A stretch of 64,000 bases of DNA, taken from assembly GCA_951406725.2 (NCBI GenBank), contig OX597821.1, forward strand, positions 13,330,001 to 13,394,000, in the 5' to 3' direction. This DNA comes from Octopus vulgaris. Lineage: Eukaryota. Position numbers and translations under genes: made by a program. The notes beneath the pieces were generated by a model. That model was not told where the DNA came from and did no database searches. It saw only the letters and a list, made by a program, of their open reading frames with translations. Of this stretch, positions 56,063-64,000 are shown piece by piece (the first letter of the stretch is position 1; the number at the start of each line of letters is the position of its first letter).

Positions 56063-56826
56063 TTATCTATATATATACTTATATATACAGACAGACAGAC
56101 AGACAGACAGACAGACGCACGCTCGTACGTAAGTACATAAGTACGTACGTACGTACATACATACATACATACATACATACATACATACATACATACATAC
56201 ATACATACATACATACATACGTACATATACTTCTGTGCCTTGCGATTACGATAAATCATACTTTTATTAGCGCTAATTATTTTTCTTGTCAATGCGGTAA
56301 TTTCAATTGAACAAAATAAATTTTCGGTTCACTGCATTAAATACGAAACCCTGCAACATATTTATGTATACTTCAAGGGCATGCACGCTTGAGAAATTTT
56401 CCAGTCTCATTATTATAATTCATTTAATCATTGAATTATTTTTACACAAAATACTATAGTTATTAATTATTCTAATATCTCGCAAGTCGTGAGTGGCTTT
56501 ATTTATTTATTTATTTATTTATTTTATGTGGGGATGGCTAATAGCAGCGAAACATGTGCGATTGCTATCAAAGATCAAACCTACCCGCTAACTTCACGTC
56601 ACCCTCTTCAACTTTTTGAACTTCTGTCTACTGAAATACCAGGTTTTATCTTTCATTCCTCTTGTCGAAAATTGATATGGGTTTTAACATGCGTACATCA
56701 CCAAAGACCTTAAATTCTCTAGCATTTGTCTCAATTACGTTGTCGTCTACCGTAATTTCGTCATCGTCAACTTAAATGCCGTCACTGACAGACGATTTAT
56801 AATTTTTTTTTCTTTTTTATTCAATA

Positions 56827-57203
56827 GGCGCAGGAGTGGCTGTGTGGTAAGTAGCTTGTTTACCAGCCACATGGTTCCGGGTTCAGTCCCACTGCGTGGC
56901 ACCTTGGGCAAGTGTCTTCTACTATAGTCTCGGGCCGACCAAAGCCTTGTGGGTGGATTTGGTAGACGGAAACTGAAAGAAGCCCGTCGTATATATTTAT
57001 ATATGCGTGTGTGTGTTTGTGCGTCTGTGTTTGCTTGACAACCGATGCTGGTGTGTTTATGTCCCCGTTACTTAGCGGTTCGGCAAAAGAGACCGATAGA
57101 ATAAGTACTGGGCTTACAAAAGAATAAGTCCCTGGTCGAGATGCTCGATTAAAGGCGGTGCTCCAGCATGGCCGCAGTCAAATGACTGAAACAAGTAAAA
57201 GAG
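56827..57203 (+). mobile_element. SINE family A
   Basis: Full-length young copy. Confidence 0.9.
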
Positions 57204-57506
57204 TTCAGCTCTGAACTCTCTTAATGTATCCCAAAAATATCCAGCATAATCATATACGATGTTCTAAGTCCGTCCGCTGTTGCTCTGTATATTTACGTGC
57301 GAGGATATATATACACATATACATATAGACACACACGTGTATATTTGTGTGTGTATACGTGTATGTGCGTGTACGTGTGTGTGTCTGTGTCTGTGTGTGT
57401 CTGTGTCTGTGTAAATGTATACTTTTATATCTAGTAGTAAAACCAATTTTGCATTAACCTGAGGATTACTCAGTACTTTTCCTAAATTGAATATTATACT
57501 TTTACG

Positions 57507-57582
<76 letters not shown>

Positions 57583-57583
<1 letters not shown>

Positions 57584-58556
57584 TTGAAAGGAATACACAG
57601 AACGTTAAGGATAATACAGCATTGGGCATTGCTTGAGCAAGGTGATTTGAAGCGTACCACCGAAAGCCTCATCATTGCTGCACAAGACTAGGCTCTCGCT
57701 ACCAATTCAGTGAAGTATAACATCTATAAAACTTCTGACACCCAGAAATGCAGACTCTGTGGAAAGAGTGGTAGAAAATGTGACCTACTTGTTAATTGGA
57801 TATGAGAGCCTTGCACAAAAAGAATAGAAGCGCCGCCACGATAAATTGTGTGTGTGTGTCTTCATTGGCTCTTATGCCGTAAATACCAATATTAAGTAAC
57901 AGAGAACTGGTATGAGCATGTACCAAGTAAAGTTATGCAGGAGGATGGAAAAGTGACCATGCTCTTAGATATGATTTCCAGACGGATCATGTAATCGAAC
58001 ACCGTCGGTTGGATATTGTCATATTGAATTAGAGCAGTGCTTTTCAAACTTTTTGCTGGAGCGGAACCCAAAGGAAACATTCCACAGGCTCGATGAACCC
58101 CTGTGCAATAATTTAATTGTCCTATGCACACATATCTGCTCAGGAGAATTAAAAATCACTGCCGATTTTAGCAGTTTTGTAACTTCTTGCGGAACCCCTG
58201 GACTGTACTGACGGAAACCTAAGGTTCCGCGGAACCCTGGTTGAAAACCACTGAATTAGAGAGACAATTAGTGTCAAATCATTGATGCAGCCATAGAAAA
58301 TGACATAAATGTTGTGAGTAAAGAGACTGAAAAAAATCACCAAGTACTCCGAATTGAAAGTGGAAATGGCGAGACTGTATGGAATGCCATTGAAGCTAAG
58401 GCAACTGGAAATCCCATGCAAGATTGATGTCTTGCAAAAAGAAGCCTTATAGGGCATAGCGCACAGTTAAAGAAGGTATTATCTGAGGTCCTCGTTGTGA
58501 CTTTACAGATGACTAACGACTCCAGCGCATTTTTACCTACACTATGTTACAAATGA
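57583..58556 (+). mobile_element. R4/Dong-type LINE 3' fragment (CCHC + RLE), interrupted by a MITE, with (AAT)n tail
   Basis: GDLKRTTESLIIAAQD*ALATN...KCRLCGK...LAQKE*KRRHDK...HWLLCRKY...WYEHVP...QTDHVIEHRRLDIVI...CQIIDAAI...KYSELKVEMARL. Confidence 0.85.
58035..58253. mobile_element. hAT-type MITE (219 bp)
   Basis: TIRs cagtgcttttcaa / ttgaaaaccactg; perfect 8-bp TSD AATTAGAG (58027-58034 and 58254-58261). Confidence 0.9.
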
Positions 58557-58591
58557 ATAATGATAATAATGATAATAACAACAACAACAAC

Positions 58592-58641
<50 letters not shown>

Positions 58642-58643
<2 letters not shown>

Positions 58644-59197
58644 GACCTGATGCAGTACCAGGCAGTGGCTCTCATGGCTTCTGATCTTAACTGATTGGAA
58701 GTGTTATCATGTACATTGTTTTGTCTTGGTATAAAAGATGGGCTACAGCAAATATTCTGCTCAATACCACAGATTTGCTTGTCAGTTGTTTGACCTTAAT
58801 CAGTTGAGCATGTCCCTTAGTGGCTGACGATATGTGCATCTCTGATCACGAGCAGAAGTAGTGGGGGAGTATCATAGCCATGTGTTGAGAGGGATTCTTT
58901 GGGGTTTGAATAATTCACCTCTGGAAACATGGGTGGTTCTTTCAACATCCTTAAACAACCCTTATTCAGGGACCTTTTGAGCGGGATGGGCTACTCAACC
59001 TGAAGAAAATTCTAACTGGGCCCCACCTGCAAGGTCATGTGCTGTTTATCTTGATATGAGATCACCATGTCGCGCACATATGGTTGTGATGCATGTGCCT
59101 GGTGTACCTTTATCAGACGGGTAGTCATGATGGGTATATTGGGCTTCGTATATTTTACCCCAGTGTCACTTTGATGGCATGCACTGCTCTCTCACTC
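58642..59197. mobile_element. Family E, full length (~556 bp), inside (AAT)n
   Basis: Four copies in the window; the three with intact ends share the same termini and AAT flanks. Confidence 0.85.
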
Positions 59198-59238
<41 letters not shown>

Positions 59239-59268
59239 TAATAATAATGATGATGATGATGATGATGA

Positions 59269-59492
59269 TACTCTTTTACTCTTTTACTTGTTTCAGTCAT
59301 TTGACTGCGGCCATGCTGGAGCACCGCCTTTAGTCGAGCAAATCGACCCCGGGACTTATTCTTTGTAAGCCCAGTACTTATTCTATCGGTCTCTTTTTGC
59401 CGAACCGCTAAGTGACGGGGACGTAAGCACACAAGCATCGGTTGTCAAGCAATGCTAGGGGAACAAACACAGACACACAAACACACACACAC
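59269..59492 (-). mobile_element. SINE family A, 3' half
   Basis: Similarity to family A. Confidence 0.85.
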
Positions 59493-59504
59493 ATGATGAT
59501 AATG

Positions 59505-59626
<122 letters not shown>

Positions 59627-59815
59627 AATAATAATAATAATGATAATAATAATAATAATGATGATGATGATATCCGAAAGGATGAAAGGGAATGTCGACC
59701 CCGGTGAGATTTGAAATCAGAACGTAGCGACGGGCGAAATACCGCTAAGCATTTCGTCCAACATGCTAACGATTCTGCCAGCTAAACGCCTTGATATAAT
59801 AATAATGATAATTAA

Positions 59816-60371
59816 ATGCCCTGATGCAGTACCAGGCAGTGGTGCTCATGGCTTCCTATCTTAACTGATTGGAAGTGTTATCATGTACATTGTTTTGTCT
59901 TGGTATAAAAGATGGGTTTTATAGCAAATATTCTGCTCAATACCACAGATTTGCTTGTCAGTTGTTTGACCTTAACCAGTTGAGCATGTCCCTTAGTGGC
60001 TGACGATATGTGCATCTCTGATCACGAGCAGAAGTAGTGGGGGAGCATCATAATTATGTACAGAGAGGAATTCTTTGGGGTTTGGATCATTCACCTTTGG
60101 AAATATGGGTGTTTCGTTCAAGATCCTTATACAACTCTTATTCACGGACCTTTTGAGCGGGATCGGCTATTCGATGTGAAAAAATTCTAACTCGGCCCCA
60201 CCTGCGACGTCAAGCACCGTTTATTTTGACATGAGATCACCATGTCGCGCACATATGGTTGTGATGCATGTACCTGGTGCACCCTTATCAGACGGGTAAC
60301 CATGATGGGTATACTGGGCTTCGCATATTTTACCCCAGTGTCACTTTGATGGCATGCACTGCTCTCTCACT

Positions 60372-60372
<1 letters not shown>
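59816..60372. mobile_element. Family E, full length
   Basis: Colinear with 58642-59197. Confidence 0.85.
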
Positions 60373-60449
<77 letters not shown>

Positions 60450-60479
60450 TAATAATAGCAATAATAATAATAATAATAA

Positions 60480-60510
<31 letters not shown>

Positions 60511-60514
60511 GATG

Positions 60515-60574
<60 letters not shown>

Positions 60575-60602
60575 GTAATAATAATAGTAATAATAATAAT
60601 AA

Positions 60603-60633
<31 letters not shown>

Positions 60634-60650
60634 AAGGATGATAATAATAA

Positions 60651-60681
<31 letters not shown>

Positions 60682-60712
60682 AAGAAGAAGGAGAAGAAGA
60701 AGAAGAAGGATG

Positions 60713-60788
<76 letters not shown>

Positions 60789-60817
60789 GAAGAAGAAGAA
60801 GAAGAAGAAGAAGGATG

Positions 60818-60901
<84 letters not shown>

Positions 60902-60923
60902 GTAATAATAATAGTAATAATAA

Positions 60924-60954
<31 letters not shown>

Positions 60955-60972
60955 AAGGATATAATAATAATA

Positions 60973-61039
<67 letters not shown>

Positions 61040-61101
61040 GTAATAATAATAGTAATAATAATAATAATAATAAAAGAAGAAGAAGAAGAAGAAGAAGGAT
61101 G

Positions 61102-61155
<54 letters not shown>

Positions 61156-61167
61156 GTAATAATAATG

Positions 61168-61200
<33 letters not shown>

Positions 61201-61286
61201 GTAATAATAATAGTAATAATAATAATAATAATAATAATGATAATAATAATAATAATAATAATAATAATAGTAATAATAATAATAAT
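60373..61286. repeat. Higher-order compound microsatellite [(AAT)n(AAG)n GAT]
   Basis: Direct reading; about seven AAG blocks. Confidence 0.95.
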
Positions 61287-61530
61287 GGTGATTTCAAATT
61301 TTGGCACCCGATCAGCAATTTCAGGGCAGGGAGTAGGTAGATTAGATCGACCCAGTGTTGCAACCCTGAAAGTTAAAGTCGCTCTCAGCGGAATAATAGT
61401 TATAATTTTTAATAGACGGAATATTATAAATGTGAGAGAAGTGCTCGATACGAAACTTTCGACGCCTGAATCACTTTTGTAACCATCTACCGATTAAAAT
61501 AGCACCACAGAACATATATATACTTTACTG

Positions 61531-62045
<515 letters not shown>

Positions 62046-62626
62046 CACATACATACGCATTTACATACTCGGCGCGCGCGTGCACACACACACACTCAGA
62101 CACACACAAACATTCTACATGCGTGTCTGTTTTAATTTCTGTGAATGTAACACAGTCAAACTGAAAAGGTCACAGGCTCGATGGCCAAACTTCCCTCAGC
62201 TAACTCACACTGTCATTTGTTATTGGTGTTCACCCGTTGAACCATTGTAACTCAATCCAACACTTAACCAATATCGCCGTACACTCGAACAGATTTGATG
62301 AATCTGCTTGTAGTTTCGACAAATTAATCTTTCAATTGCTCGAGCAACGGATCTATATATTGAATTATTAAAACGGATCTCGGCCGCTCTCGACGATTTG
62401 TATCCAGTTGATTGATCAGCTGTATTACGTAATCATTGAATTAACATGCAAGTAGGGAAGTATTCTGCATACACACGTTTCCGTTATATAATTCTCGGAC
62501 AAAATCAGCGTAACACAACCTGACACAACATAACATTGGAATTATAGATACAATCCCTCAGACGGCTTTCTACATAGTTTCAGCATATTCAGTTTCACTC
62601 AAAAGTCTTTAGTCGACTGGAGGTTA

Positions 62627-63640
62627 TATTGATTTCAAATTTTGGCCCAAAGCTAGCAATTTGTAGGAAGGGATTGATCGGTACTTATTTTATCGACCCC
62701 GAAAGGATGAAGGGTAAAGTCGACCTCGACGGAACTTGAACTCAGGACGTGAATACGGACAAAATGCCTTTCACCCAGCTTGCTAACATTTCTTATTTCT
62801 TTGCTACTCTTAAGGAGCTAGACACACAACATTCATGTCATTTGGTATGGCTACATCAATGATTTGACACTATTTGTCTCTCTAATTCAATATGACAATA
62901 TCCAACCGACGGTGTTCGATTACATGATCCGTCTGGAAATCATAGTCTAAGAGCATGGTCACTTTTCCATCTTCCTGCATAACTTTACTCTTAATGAGCT
63001 AGAGGGAACAAACAAGGACAAACAAACGGATTAAGTCGATTACATCGACCCGAGTGCGTAACTGATACTTATTTAATTGACCCCGAAAGGATGAAAAGCA
63101 ACTTCTACCTCGGCGATATTTGAACTCAGAGCGTAACGGCAGACGAAATACCTAATTCTTTACTACCCACAAGGGGCTAAACACAGAGGGGACAAACAAG
63201 GACAGACAAACGGATTAAGTCGATTATATCGACCCCATTGCATAACTGGTACCTATTTAATCGACCCGGAAAAAAATGAAAGGCAAAGTCGACCTCGACG
63301 GAATTCGAACTCAGAACGTAGCGGCAGACGAAATAATGCTAAGCATTTCGCCCGGTGTGCTGACGTTTCTGCCAGCTCGCCGCCCTCGCTAGACGTTATA
63401 TTAAAATACATTTGAAGGCGGCGAGCTGGCTGAATCATTGACACACTGGGTAAAATGTTTAGCGGCATTTCGTCTGTCCTTGCGTTCTGAGTTTAATTTT
63501 CGCCGAGATCGACTTGCCTTAGATCCTTTCGGGATCGATGAAATAAGTACCAGTTATGCACTGGGATCAATGTAATCGACTCGCCCCCCTCCACCCCACC
63601 TCCTACCAAATTTCAGGCTTGCGCTTAAGGTAGAAAAGAT
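62627..63640. mobile_element. Cluster of four SINE family B copies (three minus, last plus)
   Basis: Repeated cgaccccgaaaggatgaa...gaactcag motifs; two distinct tail types. Confidence 0.8.
62823..62988 (-). mobile_element. Inverted internal R4/Dong LINE fragment lacking the MITE
   Basis: Reverse complement of ~57926-58034 joined directly to ~58262-58318, with a single AATTAGAG. Confidence 0.85.
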
Positions 63641-64000
63641 ATTAAAAGACACTTGGCTAAGATATCCCACACTAGCATCGAACACAAAACTCGGGATTGT
63701 AAAGTGAATATCTTTAGCAATTGTCATTGCAGCAGGTGTATTTGGGTAACTGAGGTGTTGCATGTCTGCTGTGCAGAAGTGTACGGTTCCTCTTCTCGAT
63801 GTGACGATACGTTTATTGTAATAAAGTTAATACTCAGAGCAAAAACCAACTGCTTGCATACGAGAAGCATGGAAGGACGGTTCTTGTCATACATGTCCAG
63901 TCCTGCTAAAATGGAGCTTCCAAATAGTTTCCTTTTACTATATTTTAAACCCGAGATTATATTAGAAGGCACTTATAAGGCACTTATCTACATGCTTCCC

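Noticed and set aside
60268-61482. Long ORFs (404, 329, 325 aa) and similar poly-I/N/K/Y or MYVC ORFs throughout the window
   Set aside because: Stop-free frames of simple repeats; no coding signal.
63640-64000. Open plus-strand frame with KLILRAKTNCLHT, resembling a LINE C-terminal region
   Set aside because: The expected CCHC residues are not intact, and the segment is cut off by the window edge.

Overview
AT-rich, microsatellite-saturated metazoan genomic DNA, intronic or intergenic. The SINE repertoire and simple-repeat density resemble an octopus/coleoid cephalopod genome; this is an inference from sequence style, not a database result. I see no intact protein-coding gene, and almost all listed ORFs are translated microsatellites or SINEs. 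The window is a mosaic of: (i) several tRNA-headed SINE families, labelled A-D here, with swapped 3' tails; (ii) decayed LINE fragments (R4/Dong-type RLE, CR1/L2-group, gag-like ORF1); (iii) hAT- and piggyBac-type MITEs; (iv) an unexplained ~560-bp non-coding element (family E) that sits in (AAT)n tracts; and (v) Penelope-like element (PLE) remnants, including a frameshifted GIY-YIG endonuclease bracketed by inverted terminal repeats. The main hidden signal is about a dozen hammerhead-ribozyme (HHR) motifs. One is fully canonical (48581-48635), several form inverted pairs or palindromes, and one is fused behind a tRNA-derived Pol III head (5545-5812), suggesting a ribozyme-bearing, possibly Penelope-mobilised SINE. 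Coordinates were read by eye and may be off by a few bases. Family labels are mine.
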